Notes under the pieces: generated by a model
The model's input: only the letters and a program-made list of their open reading frames with translations
What the model was told of the DNA's origin: nothing
The model's database searches: none
Made by a program: the position numbers and the translations under genes
Source of the DNA: Candidatus Cloacimonadales bacterium
Lineage (GTDB): Bacteria; Cloacimonadota; Cloacimonadia; Cloacimonadales; JAFGVF01
Length of the DNA stretch: 64,000 bases
Direction of reading: 5' to 3'
Assembly: GCA_963677495.2 (NCBI GenBank)
Contig: CAXXOU010000001.1
Location: 288,001 to 352,000, forward strand
Shown: piece by piece, positions 1 to 8,376 of the stretch
Numbering within the stretch: the stretch's first letter is position 1
How the letters are laid out: each line of letters begins with the position of its first letter

Positions 1-1
1 A

Positions 2-844
2 TCATTTAATCAAGCTTTCTTGGAAACAGCAACAGCACCCTCTAAACTTGTGCTAACTACTATCATGCATAGCTTTGCTCCCAACTACTCCCATATTACC
101 GGATGGTTTGCTTACAAACTCAAGATTATCTATCCTAATACAAAGTATCTCAACATGTTTAACATCCTCACAGACGAGGAGTTCTATAACTTCGTTAACA
201 AGATGCTTTCCAAACTCGATACAGGTATTTCAAATCTAACTAAACGTACACTTGACTTTGATGATAACAGGGTCAATATTCCTCCTAAGATGAAAGATGA
301 CATCCGTCGAAACATACGAGAAAAGGGTGTTATCCTTGTAAGAGGTGTTACATCACAACGAGAGCTTTACGCTGTTTCAATGCGTAATGGTATAATCAAA
401 GCAGATAAGCTTGTGTTCTCACACCAGATTCCGGGTGAAGAGTTCATTGATTTTGATATTGGTGAAGAATCTGATGGTACAAGCCGTCTTCTTGACCTGC
501 TTCCAACTCTATATGATCTTAAGAATAATGATTCTGTTTACATAATCGATGAGATTGAGCGCAGCCTGCATACTGTCCTAATTCGTGGACTCTTTAGAGA
601 ATATTTCAACTTCCATGGTACGAATAGAAGTCAGCTAATCGCAACAACACATGACACTAATCTACTTGATTTAACCCTCTTTAGGCGTGATGAGTTTTGG
701 TTTATCAAGAAGAACTATTTCCATACATCTGAGTTATACTCAATGGAGGAGTTCAAAGAAAGATTTGATAAGCGTATAGCCAGAGACTATCTCAGCGGTA
801 GATATGGTGCTATCCCAGTAATTGAGCTGTTCAACGAGGAGTAG
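2..844 (+). CDS. AAA/ABC-type ATPase (AAA_21, RloA/AbiLi-like), 5'-truncated by the window edge
   Basis: Frame is open from position 2. Signature-like ESDGTSRL, Walker B/D-loop IIDEIERSLH, H-loop ATTHD and C-terminal YLSGRYGAIP are typical of ATPases paired with RloB. Confidence 0.85.
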   Translation, partial: SFNQAFLETATAPSKLVLTTIMHSFAPNYSHITGWFAYKLKIIYPNTKYLNMFNILTDEEFYNFVNKMLSKLDTGISNLTKRTLDFDDNRVNIPPKMKDDIRRNIREKGVILVRGVTSQRELYAVSMRNGIIKADKLVFSHQIPGEEFIDFDIGEESDGTSRLLDLLPTLYDLKNNDSVYIIDEIERSLHTVLIRGLFREYFNFHGTNRSQLIATTHDTNLLDLTLFRRDEFWFIKKNYFHTSELYSMEEFKERFDKRIARDYLSGRYGAIPVIELFNEE

Positions 845-846
845 GG

Positions 847-1488
847 ATGCCATTCACACAACTACGTGAGATAAAACCATTCACTCACCCAAAGAAGCGA
901 ACAACTAAGAAGATTATCATCTCCACAGAGGGTAGTAAAACTGAACCTGCCTACTTCAAAGCACTTGCTTCTCTTGTAAAAGAGAATATTTCTTTTATCT
1001 TCCTCGAACGTAATATCGAAGGACATTCTGCCCCTAAGTACATTGTTGGTTTGATTGATGAATATATTGAGAAAGAAGTAGCTGAGTTCGGTTCTCGCAA
1101 AGCCTTTGAACGCTATAACGATGAGTATTGGGTTGTGATTGATCAAGACAGTTGGACTGACCTACCCCGAATTGCACGTGAATGCAAACGAAAGGGATAC
1201 AATCTTGCTATTAGTAACCCCTGTTTTGAGCTATGGATTCTAATGCACTATATCCCTGAGCATCGATTAGCAGAGCTAAGATTATTGGAAGTGTATAAAG
1301 ATGTGCAACACCTTATGAAACAGTTTATGGGTGGATATAGTAAGAGCAGGTTCAACTTCTCTAAGTTGTTACCCAAACTGCAACACGCACTTCAGATGGC
1401 TGAGATAATGGAGTTAGATAGACAAAGTAGCCTACCGGGACCGGGTGAAACTAAGGTTCATCATCTTGTGAGGAAACTTACTGTCTAA
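847..1488 (+). CDS. RloB-family (AbiLii-like, TOPRIM-like) protein
   Basis: Motifs IISTEGSKTEPAYF, WVVIDQD and SNPCFELWILMH; starts 2 nt after the ATPase stop. Confidence 0.85.
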   Translation: MPFTQLREIKPFTHPKKRTTKKIIISTEGSKTEPAYFKALASLVKENISFIFLERNIEGHSAPKYIVGLIDEYIEKEVAEFGSRKAFERYNDEYWVVIDQDSWTDLPRIARECKRKGYNLAISNPCFELWILMHYIPEHRLAELRLLEVYKDVQHLMKQFMGGYSKSRFNFSKLLPKLQHALQMAEIMELDRQSSLPGPGETKVHHLVRKLTV

Positions 1489-2332
1489 ATTGTCCCTTTT
1501 GAAGTATCTTTGCATCAACATATTCTTTAGGTATTGACTCTTCGTTCAAAGCTCTCACAGGATTTATGTCAATCCCACCTCTTCTTGTATAGAAAGCTAT
1601 AACAATTAGCTCTTTTGGGGCAAGCAGATCATAAAGTCTTTTATAGATAGTCTCCACAATCTCCTCATGGAAATGGTTCTCATCCCGGAAGGATATTATA
1701 TATTTAAGCAAATCTTCATGTTTAAGCTTTCTATCAGCTTTATAACTTATCAATACATCCCCCCAATCAGGTTGGTTAGTAACTCTACAGTTGCTCTTCA
1801 GGAGAGTTGAATAAAGCGTTTCTTCTGTCTCTTCATGTTTCATGCAACTCAATAGCTCCGGAGTTTCACTATAAGTATCAACAGATTCTATAGCACCTGC
1901 TAAGTTATCTAAATTAACCGCAGCAAGTTCAAACAATGTAGCTGCTTCTGCATAGAAGAAATCTATCTCTACTTTGCATTCAAGCAGCTCCTCCAGATCA
2001 TTTTGTACAGTATGCGTCAGGTTCTTTCGAGCTGATTCCGGGCACTCGCCCATCTTTTCCATATTGAAAGAATTAAAGTATAGTTTAAGTGATTTGCTTT
2101 CAACAATGAACTCTGAGTTAGCAGGTACAACCAGTTTCCCAATAGCAGCTTGCGGAGCACCATTTATCAGCAGATAACTCACCTCGTATATATGCCAAAC
2201 ATCAAAGCCTTTAAATGGCAAGTTGGCATTATGTATATCAAGATGCTCTCTATTCAAACTTCGTGGAACTCTTTCCAATTGAGTCGGGTCATAGTTTCTG
2301 GGATAGGATGATGTTCTACCTAAAGCTTTCAT
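1478..2332 (-). CDS. queF: NADPH-dependent 7-cyano-7-deazaguanine (preQ0) reductase, two-domain (YqcD) type
   Basis: Motifs VESKSLKLYFNSF, LKSNCRVTNQPDWG, FHEE and YTRRGGIDINP. Confidence 0.95.
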   Translation of the reverse strand: MKALGRTSSYPRNYDPTQLERVPRSLNREHLDIHNANLPFKGFDVWHIYEVSYLLINGAPQAAIGKLVVPANSEFIVESKSLKLYFNSFNMEKMGECPESARKNLTHTVQNDLEELLECKVEIDFFYAEAATLFELAAVNLDNLAGAIESVDTYSETPELLSCMKHEETEETLYSTLLKSNCRVTNQPDWGDVLISYKADRKLKHEDLLKYIISFRDENHFHEEIVETIYKRLYDLLAPKELIVIAFYTRRGGIDINPVRALNEESIPKEYVDAKILQKGQFRQ

Positions 2333-4038
2333 TTCAACTCCACTGCCAGGTCTGCGTTATCTAAATCTAGCCAAGACCCATATTTTACTTTCATGTTTGC
2401 ATCTTTTGGGAGGTAAGTACGCTCCTCTTTTATTGTAAATGTTGTATGATTAAGGTTGGTTATTTCCAGCACAGCTTTCTCTTTAATCGCACCGGAGAAA
2501 GGGATTCTAATCAGACCGTTTTCAACTTTCCCTTCCACAATTCTACTTCTGATACGCATACCATTTCTGTTAAGAACAGTTACACGTAAATCATATTCGC
2601 TATCATCAGTGCTAATACTCAGAGTATCGAATCTCACAATCTCCTCATCGAAGTCAGCGGCCTTATACTCAATCCTAACCTTACATTCAGGATAAAGACT
2701 AAAGCAATTAAGTTCAGATTCATCCAAACAATATGAATGCTTTGGTAGCACAGTCTTTATGGTCATCTCAGGTAATGGATTGACGATATTCTCAAACGGT
2801 ATTTGAAACTGTTGAAGTTTAGCTCTATGGCTTTCTACAACAAACAGATAATCGTTCTCAATAAGCAAACGAGTCTTACCGTTTGGGAGGTATTTAAAGA
2901 TATACCCCGCAGAATTGGTTTTCCTTTCTGTATAATATGAGGATGGATAATCAAACCACTGGAAGTCTGTATTAATCAATGGCTTTTGCTTCTTATCCAT
3001 TATTCTAACAGACACAGTTTTCTCTAATACATCCTCTGCAACAGCGTTAAATGCCATCAGATGCTTATCAATAATCTTCAACAGCTGTTCTTCTCCCGGT
3101 CTGATAACTGAGTAACCCTCTTCAGTATTACCACCTGTCTCAATATCAAAGGCAAGTGTTCCGTGTTTCGCATATATATAATGACGCAGATAACCAATCA
3201 TTGTATTACGGCCAAGATGAAGCTCATAATTACCTTCAAGATAATCTTTAGGAAGCTTGTTTGTCAACACTGTACCAAGCTCTACAAAGTGATCATAATC
3301 CGGACTCTTCTCCTCACCGTCATTCCACGGGAAGTAGATTCTCTCTGAAAAGTTGCCGGTAGCAGAGCTATGATAATTCAAAGCATAGGTGAAATGCTCT
3401 CTTGCAAAGAAATCCTGCATAGCCAATACTTCCGACTCTGTTGCAGGAGCATGTCCCTTAAAATATATACTCTCAGGATGTGGCCTTGCAAAGTCAAACC
3501 AGTTAAAGTCAAAGTTCTTATTCAGGTCTACTCCATCCCTTAATACGTCCAGATATCCATCAAAGTTACTATCAGTCAGATTCTTCCTGCAAAGATAGAA
3601 ACCACCTGATGAGACCATATCATAGCCTTCCGGGTTCATAGAAGGTACAAACCAAAGCTCAAATCTATCAATTAACTCAGTTACTGAAGGATTTACTCCA
3701 TAGTAGCTTGTAACGTAGTCCAGAATAGATAAACAAATTTCAACTCCTATTACCTCTTCACCTTGTGATGATCCATGAATTAGAAGTGAAGGTCTGTTTG
3801 TAAGATTTCGGCTTACATGATTAGAAACACGAACAGCATAAATCGGTTTCAAAGAATATCCACTGTGACCTATGATTTCCCAACTTGCTAGTTCGGGATA
3901 ACCATTGCACACCTGCTTTATTTCCTCTACCATCTCAGGATATGTATGATATATATCCGGTAATGGATAGTAATTCCTCTGTGCAAACAGAAATGATGTT
4001 ATAAATATTAAAAGGAAGCTTAACTTCTTAAATCGCAT
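2329..4038 (-). CDS. Secreted M14-family zinc carboxypeptidase-like protein
   Basis: Signal peptide; VPSMNPEGY, RKN, GVDLNKNFDFNW, ESEV, NYHS and DIET motifs. The first Zn ligand position reads Q. Overlaps queF by ATGA. Confidence 0.8.
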   Translation of the reverse strand: MRFKKLSFLLIFITSFLFAQRNYYPLPDIYHTYPEMVEEIKQVCNGYPELASWEIIGHSGYSLKPIYAVRVSNHVSRNLTNRPSLLIHGSSQGEEVIGVEICLSILDYVTSYYGVNPSVTELIDRFELWFVPSMNPEGYDMVSSGGFYLCRKNLTDSNFDGYLDVLRDGVDLNKNFDFNWFDFARPHPESIYFKGHAPATESEVLAMQDFFAREHFTYALNYHSSATGNFSERIYFPWNDGEEKSPDYDHFVELGTVLTNKLPKDYLEGNYELHLGRNTMIGYLRHYIYAKHGTLAFDIETGGNTEEGYSVIRPGEEQLLKIIDKHLMAFNAVAEDVLEKTVSVRIMDKKQKPLINTDFQWFDYPSSYYTERKTNSAGYIFKYLPNGKTRLLIENDYLFVVESHRAKLQQFQIPFENIVNPLPEMTIKTVLPKHSYCLDESELNCFSLYPECKVRIEYKAADFDEEIVRFDTLSISTDDSEYDLRVTVLNRNGMRIRSRIVEGKVENGLIRIPFSGAIKEKAVLEITNLNHTTFTIKEERTYLPKDANMKVKYGSWLDLDNADLAVELK

Positions 4039-4204
4039 CTATGAATCTGTAACCTCTTATCTTACTTTGTTATGGGATTGAGCTGGGATTACACTATTAG
4101 TCAAGCACTTTCTTGTAGCTGCACCCTTTATATCATGCGAACTAAGGTCGATTCGAGTGATCCGGACAGTGTCAAAGGATTTACTTATGCATATCATGGT
4201 CTAA

Positions 4205-4255
4205 GTCCATCATCCCGATCGAATGAGGTTACGAACGAGTAGAGGGAACTCTCCG
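4205..4255. repeat. Degenerate REP-like hairpin remnant
   Basis: catcccgatcgaatgaggttacgaacgagtagagggaactctcc resembles short palindromic repeats I recall next to small GIY-YIG nuclease genes; family assignment is from memory. Confidence 0.35.
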
Positions 4256-4380
4256 ATAACTTTAGTCTCCCAACAAAAAAGAGCCACTCCCAAGCTCTCA
4301 ATGATTACAGTGAAACTTACTTTGTTATTATCAACCTAGGTACTTCTCTTTATCTAATCTTTACAAAACGCTTGAATCAC

Positions 4381-4504
4381 GCTAGTTCCTCCCTATAGCC
4401 TCCCTAGACCCTCCCTATGAAACCCTAAAGTTATCCACATCGTGTGCATAACTTATTTAAAGGTGCAATAAAACTCTTATAAAGACAAAGTAAAGGGACC
4501 TAGC
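4381..4504 (-). repeat. 11-nt-periodic rod inverted repeat, subtype C (inverted DnaA-box pair at apex)
   Basis: Ends gctagttcct...agggacctagc. Left arm cctccctatag/cctccctagac/cctccctatga. Apex aagttatccaca-tcg-tgtgcataactt. Right arm has taaa every 11 nt. Confidence 0.7.
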
Positions 4505-4643
4505 AGACTCATAATTCACGTGATAGATAACTAAGATAGTTAAAACAACAGACATTGTGTAACAACATAGATTAATCTACATTCACGCATAATCTTATTG
4601 ACAGGTGGAGTGGTGAAATTTTCCCTACAATCAGAGGAAAAAT

Positions 4644-6443
4644 ATGAAACAGGAAAATATCAGAAACTTTTGTATTATAGCCCATATTGATCATGGGAAA
4701 TCGACCTTAGCAGATCGAATGTTAGAGGTCACAAATGTTATTGATAAGCATAAAATGGTCGCTCAGATTCTTGATGACATGGATCTTGAGCGTGAAAAAG
4801 GGATTACAATTAAATCCCATGCGATTAGGTTACCCTACACTTATAAGGGTGAAGACTATGTCTTGAACCTTATCGATACACCGGGACACGTTGACTTCTC
4901 ATATGAAGTGTCACGTAGTCTTGCATCATGTGAAGGTGCACTGCTTCTGGTTGATGCTGCCCAGGGAATTGAAGCTCAGACAATGAGTAACATGTATCTT
5001 GCGATGGAGAATGATCTGGAGATTATCCCTGTTGCGAATAAGATTGACCTGCCCAAAGCAGATATTGAAGGAACTATCCATGATATCGTAGAAGTACTTG
5101 GAACAGACCCGGATATTATTCAAAAAGTTAGTGGTAAAACCGGTGAGAATGTAGACCTTCTTTTAGAGTCAGTTATTGAACATATTCCGGCACCGAATGG
5201 AGATAAAGATAAACCTGCAAAAGCCCTTATATTCGACTCATACTTTGATAAGTATCGTGGTGTGATTATTCTGGTTAGATTAGTTGATGGAGCCTTATCT
5301 AAAGGGGATACTATCAAGTTAATGTCTAACGGTAAGGAGCACTCGATTGAAGAGATTGGTTATCTGGGCATTAAACAGGAGCCAACAAAGGGCCTTACAA
5401 CCGGTGAAGTTGGCTACATTATTGCCAATATCAAAGAGATTGGTGATGCACGTGTGGGTGATACAATTACACTCGCAAAAGACGGATGTACTGATATCCT
5501 TCCCGGGTTCCAGGAACCAAAGCCAATGGTTTATAGTGGTATCTTCCCGATAAATGGAGAGGACTATGCTGACCTTGTTGAAGCTATGGGTAAACTTAAG
5601 CTCAATGACGCATCGCTTGTTTATGAAAAAGAGAGTTCCTTAGCTCTTGGATATGGCTTCCGCTGCGGTTTCCTTGGTATGCTTCATCTTGAGATTGTGA
5701 AAGAGCGTTTCCTACGTGAATACAATCTCCCGATTATCGCTACTACACCGAGTGTTAAGTTCATAATCACAATGACTAACGGTGAAGAACGAGTAGTGTA
5801 TAATCCTGTGGATTTCCCTGACCCTGCTCATATCGACTTCATTCAAGAACCTATAATGAACACTGAGATTATTGTGCCTGCTGAGTATATTGGTAGTATT
5901 ATGAAACTTGCGCAGGACAGACGTGGTGTTCAGCGAGATATGCAGTATATCGATGAGAAGCGTGTTGCAATCCATTATGATCTTCCATTGATTGAGATTA
6001 TTTTTGACTTCTATGATAAACTTAAGACTGTCAGCCGAGGTTACGCTTCACTTGATTACAGCTTCAAAACCTACCAACGCTCAAAAGTTGCTAAGGTTGA
6101 TATCCTTGTGAACGGTGATAAAGTTGATGCACTTTCATTTATCTGCCATGAGGAGAAGGCTTATAGCTGGGGTAAAGCTATCACAACAACACTTTCCGAG
6201 GAGATTCCAAAGCATCTCTTCAAAGTTGCTATCCAAGCAGCTATTGGAGGTAAGATAGTTGCCCGTTCTACTGTAAACGCTATGCGTAAGGATGTTATAG
6301 CCAAGTGTTATGGTGGAGACATCTCCCGTAAGCGTAAGTTACTAGAAAAGCAGAAGAAAGGTAAAAAGAGAATGAAAGAGTTTGGCTCAGTATCAGTACC
6401 GCAGGAAGCCTTCCTCGCTGTGCTGAAAGCTAATAGAGAATAG
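4644..6443 (+). CDS. lepA: Elongation factor 4 (LepA)
   Basis: IRNFCIIAHIDHGKSTLADR, DTPGHVDF and C-terminal KCYGGDISRKRKLLEKQK. Confidence 0.99.
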   Translation: MKQENIRNFCIIAHIDHGKSTLADRMLEVTNVIDKHKMVAQILDDMDLEREKGITIKSHAIRLPYTYKGEDYVLNLIDTPGHVDFSYEVSRSLASCEGALLLVDAAQGIEAQTMSNMYLAMENDLEIIPVANKIDLPKADIEGTIHDIVEVLGTDPDIIQKVSGKTGENVDLLLESVIEHIPAPNGDKDKPAKALIFDSYFDKYRGVIILVRLVDGALSKGDTIKLMSNGKEHSIEEIGYLGIKQEPTKGLTTGEVGYIIANIKEIGDARVGDTITLAKDGCTDILPGFQEPKPMVYSGIFPINGEDYADLVEAMGKLKLNDASLVYEKESSLALGYGFRCGFLGMLHLEIVKERFLREYNLPIIATTPSVKFIITMTNGEERVVYNPVDFPDPAHIDFIQEPIMNTEIIVPAEYIGSIMKLAQDRRGVQRDMQYIDEKRVAIHYDLPLIEIIFDFYDKLKTVSRGYASLDYSFKTYQRSKVAKVDILVNGDKVDALSFICHEEKAYSWGKAITTTLSEEIPKHLFKVAIQAAIGGKIVARSTVNAMRKDVIAKCYGGDISRKRKLLEKQKKGKKRMKEFGSVSVPQEAFLAVLKANRE

Positions 6444-6447
6444 ATTT

Positions 6448-6478
6448 AAAAGACGCGCTTAATTGTGCGTCTTTTTTT
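6448..6478 (+). terminator. Intrinsic terminator after lepA
   Basis: aaaagacgcgc-ttaatt-gtgcgtc followed by a T-tract. Confidence 0.85.
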
Positions 6479-6487
6479 ATGTGCGAA

Positions 6488-6514
6488 GCCCCCTGCGAGA
6501 GGATTGCAGGGGGC
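6488..6514 (-). terminator. GC-rich hairpin, likely terminator of the convergent ECF operon
   Basis: gccccctgc-N9-gcagggggc just past the stop at 6542; weak U-tract. Confidence 0.6.
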
Positions 6515-6541
6515 ATTTATTATTGGATATATGAAGAAGCT

Positions 6542-7750
6542 TTATAGTTTCAGGTAACCCATATTGGCGATAACATCAGTATCCTCTTCGAGTTCCTTTA
6601 CTGCTGTGTTGTCTTCGACTGAACCTTTATTGATTTTGAGCTTCATCTGGATTAGTCCGTAGAGTTCTTTACCAACAAGGATTTCACCATAGTTGTCGAT
6701 AGCAGTAATCTTCTCATTGAGAAGTTCAGCAGGGATACCATCATCGATAATCATCTCACCTTTGTTGAGGATGTGGTAAGTGTTTTCTGAAAACTTAAGT
6801 TCAGTTTCGGTGATGGTTCTTTCTCCATTGTTGATGATCAACTTACCATCATAAGTCATCACTTTTATGTTTGTTTCAGTGATAGGAATAAGTGCATCGA
6901 GTAGGTGTTTTGGGGCATAGATTGCTTTCGCACCGAGAATACGTTCGATACCTTTAGTCAGAGACTCAGCATCTACATCATGCTCAAAGATGATTGTTCC
7001 GGCTGAATACACTTTGTCAGCAGTACGGCGTTTGAGCTCAATGGCATCAAACACTGTATTACCTGCAATCAACTCACAGTTATCCGGGATAATTCTTGTA
7101 TCTCCCATAACATTACCGGCACTCTTCTTCTCAAAGACTTCCTGATACTTCTCTCTGAAGATTGCAAGTCCCATCACTTTAAGTGACTTAATCTTCTTAT
7201 CGAAGAGCTCTATATCGAAGTCGTTTATCATCTTGATTGTACCCATCACATCAATACTTGTGTCATCTTCAAGTGACTGTAACCATTCTTGAGTAACATT
7301 TTTGGTACCCTTCACAGTCTCTTTCTCAGGATTGAACTCTTGGAACATACCGATGTTCTTAATAACCTTAGCTTTAACCACACCCATAAGAACTGTTGGG
7401 CATTCGACGATTCCTACATTATAAATTCCGCCAACTTTCTCATTGAACAGTTCTTTAGTAACATCATCATGTATTCTTACTACACCAACTACCAATACCT
7501 TCAACGGTTGATCTTGACTTTCGAGGTAGATACGATTAATTTCAACGTTACCCATCTCGATTTTGTAATCTTCGTCGATCTCTTCCATCATACCAACATT
7601 GCTCATTGAGATTGTACCGATAAGCCCACGTTGTTTTTCAGAGTAGAGAACAACTCCGGCATTTGAGATGCTTTTAATGTTTGCTATCGCTTTTTCGTCA
7701 GCATATCTAAGGTCTACAGCACCAATATTCTTAATACTCTTTGGATTCAT
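6542..7750 (-). CDS. Hypothetical soluble protein with repetitive beta-rich 'NIG/NVG/NKG' motifs, co-transcribed with the ECF sigma factor
   Basis: 402-aa ORF with RBS aaggag, no signal peptide or TM segment, 14 nt downstream of the sigma gene. Confidence 0.75.
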   Translation of the reverse strand: MNPKSIKNIGAVDLRYADEKAIANIKSISNAGVVLYSEKQRGLIGTISMSNVGMMEEIDEDYKIEMGNVEINRIYLESQDQPLKVLVVGVVRIHDDVTKELFNEKVGGIYNVGIVECPTVLMGVVKAKVIKNIGMFQEFNPEKETVKGTKNVTQEWLQSLEDDTSIDVMGTIKMINDFDIELFDKKIKSLKVMGLAIFREKYQEVFEKKSAGNVMGDTRIIPDNCELIAGNTVFDAIELKRRTADKVYSAGTIIFEHDVDAESLTKGIERILGAKAIYAPKHLLDALIPITETNIKVMTYDGKLIINNGERTITETELKFSENTYHILNKGEMIIDDGIPAELLNEKITAIDNYGEILVGKELYGLIQMKLKINKGSVEDNTAVKELEEDTDVIANMGYLKL

Positions 7751-7764
7751 GATTTACTCCTTTG

Positions 7765-8229
7765 TTAATCTAAATCAGCCAAATTTCGGAGCTTCTTAAT
7801 CGCTCCACTAAGTTTCCAACGGACAGTTGACTTTGGCATATCAAGTGCCCTTGCAATCTCGCTCGAATTTCTTCCGAGCCAGTATTTCTGTTTAATTAGT
7901 AGCTGTTCCTCATCGCTGAGGTGAGAGATCATGGTTCTAATGAGCCATTTCTTTTCGAATTGAGGTTCAACTACCGGTTCATACACTTCTGCAAACGCTA
8001 CGAATACCCGTTCCCGTTTCTTATTGATAAGTAGGTTCTTGATTACTTTGAAAAGCCATGATCTGATTTGGGATGGCTTCAGTCTGGCTAAAAGGAGTTG
8101 GTTGTTGATGATTTTGAGATAGGTATCCTGAACGATATCATCAGCTAAGTCTCTATCTTTCGCAATAGAGAAGGCGAAGCCTTTAATCTGTTCATCGAAT
8201 TTCTCAATTATCATGTCAACTGTCTGCAT
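7765..8229 (-). CDS. ECF RNA polymerase sigma factor
   Basis: Region 2 ADDIVQDTYLK...SWLFKVIKN; region 4 SEIARALDMPKSTVRWKL. Start placed at ATG 8229 behind RBS aaggag (ORF track uses 8244). Confidence 0.9.
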   Translation of the reverse strand: MQTVDMIIEKFDEQIKGFAFSIAKDRDLADDIVQDTYLKIINNQLLLARLKPSQIRSWLFKVIKNLLINKKRERVFVAFAEVYEPVVEPQFEKKWLIRTMISHLSDEEQLLIKQKYWLGRNSSEIARALDMPKSTVRWKLSGAIKKLRNLADLD

Positions 8230-8249
8230 TTTAACTCCTTTCATAAGCT

Positions 8250-8277
8250 AAGACGGATAAGTGATGCAAAGTGTTGG
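8250..8277 (-). promoter_or_regulatory. Putative autoregulatory ECF-type promoter (CAAC-N17-CGTC)
   Basis: Minus strand reads ccaac-actttgcatcacttatc-cgtctta immediately upstream of the sigma gene RBS, matching the common ECF AAC...CGT pattern. Confidence 0.5.
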
Positions 8278-8317
8278 TAGTTTTTTATAATAATCTGATT
8301 TAAAGAATTCTTTTAGA

Positions 8318-8355
8318 TAAAAGAAAACTTCTTACCGGGTGGCAAGAAGTTTTCC
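8318..8355 (-). terminator. Intrinsic terminator after the LamG/FN3 gene
   Basis: gaaaacttcttacc-gggt-ggcaagaagttttc with an A-tract on the left. Confidence 0.7.
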
Positions 8356-8376
8356 TTGTGTGTTTGGCAAGTTTAT

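Noticed and set aside
1478..2332. queF as part of a 7-deazaguanine DNA-modification defence island with the ATPase/RloB pair
   Set aside because: It is convergent rather than co-operonic, no dpdA/queC/queD/queE is nearby, and QueF normally serves tRNA queuosine synthesis.
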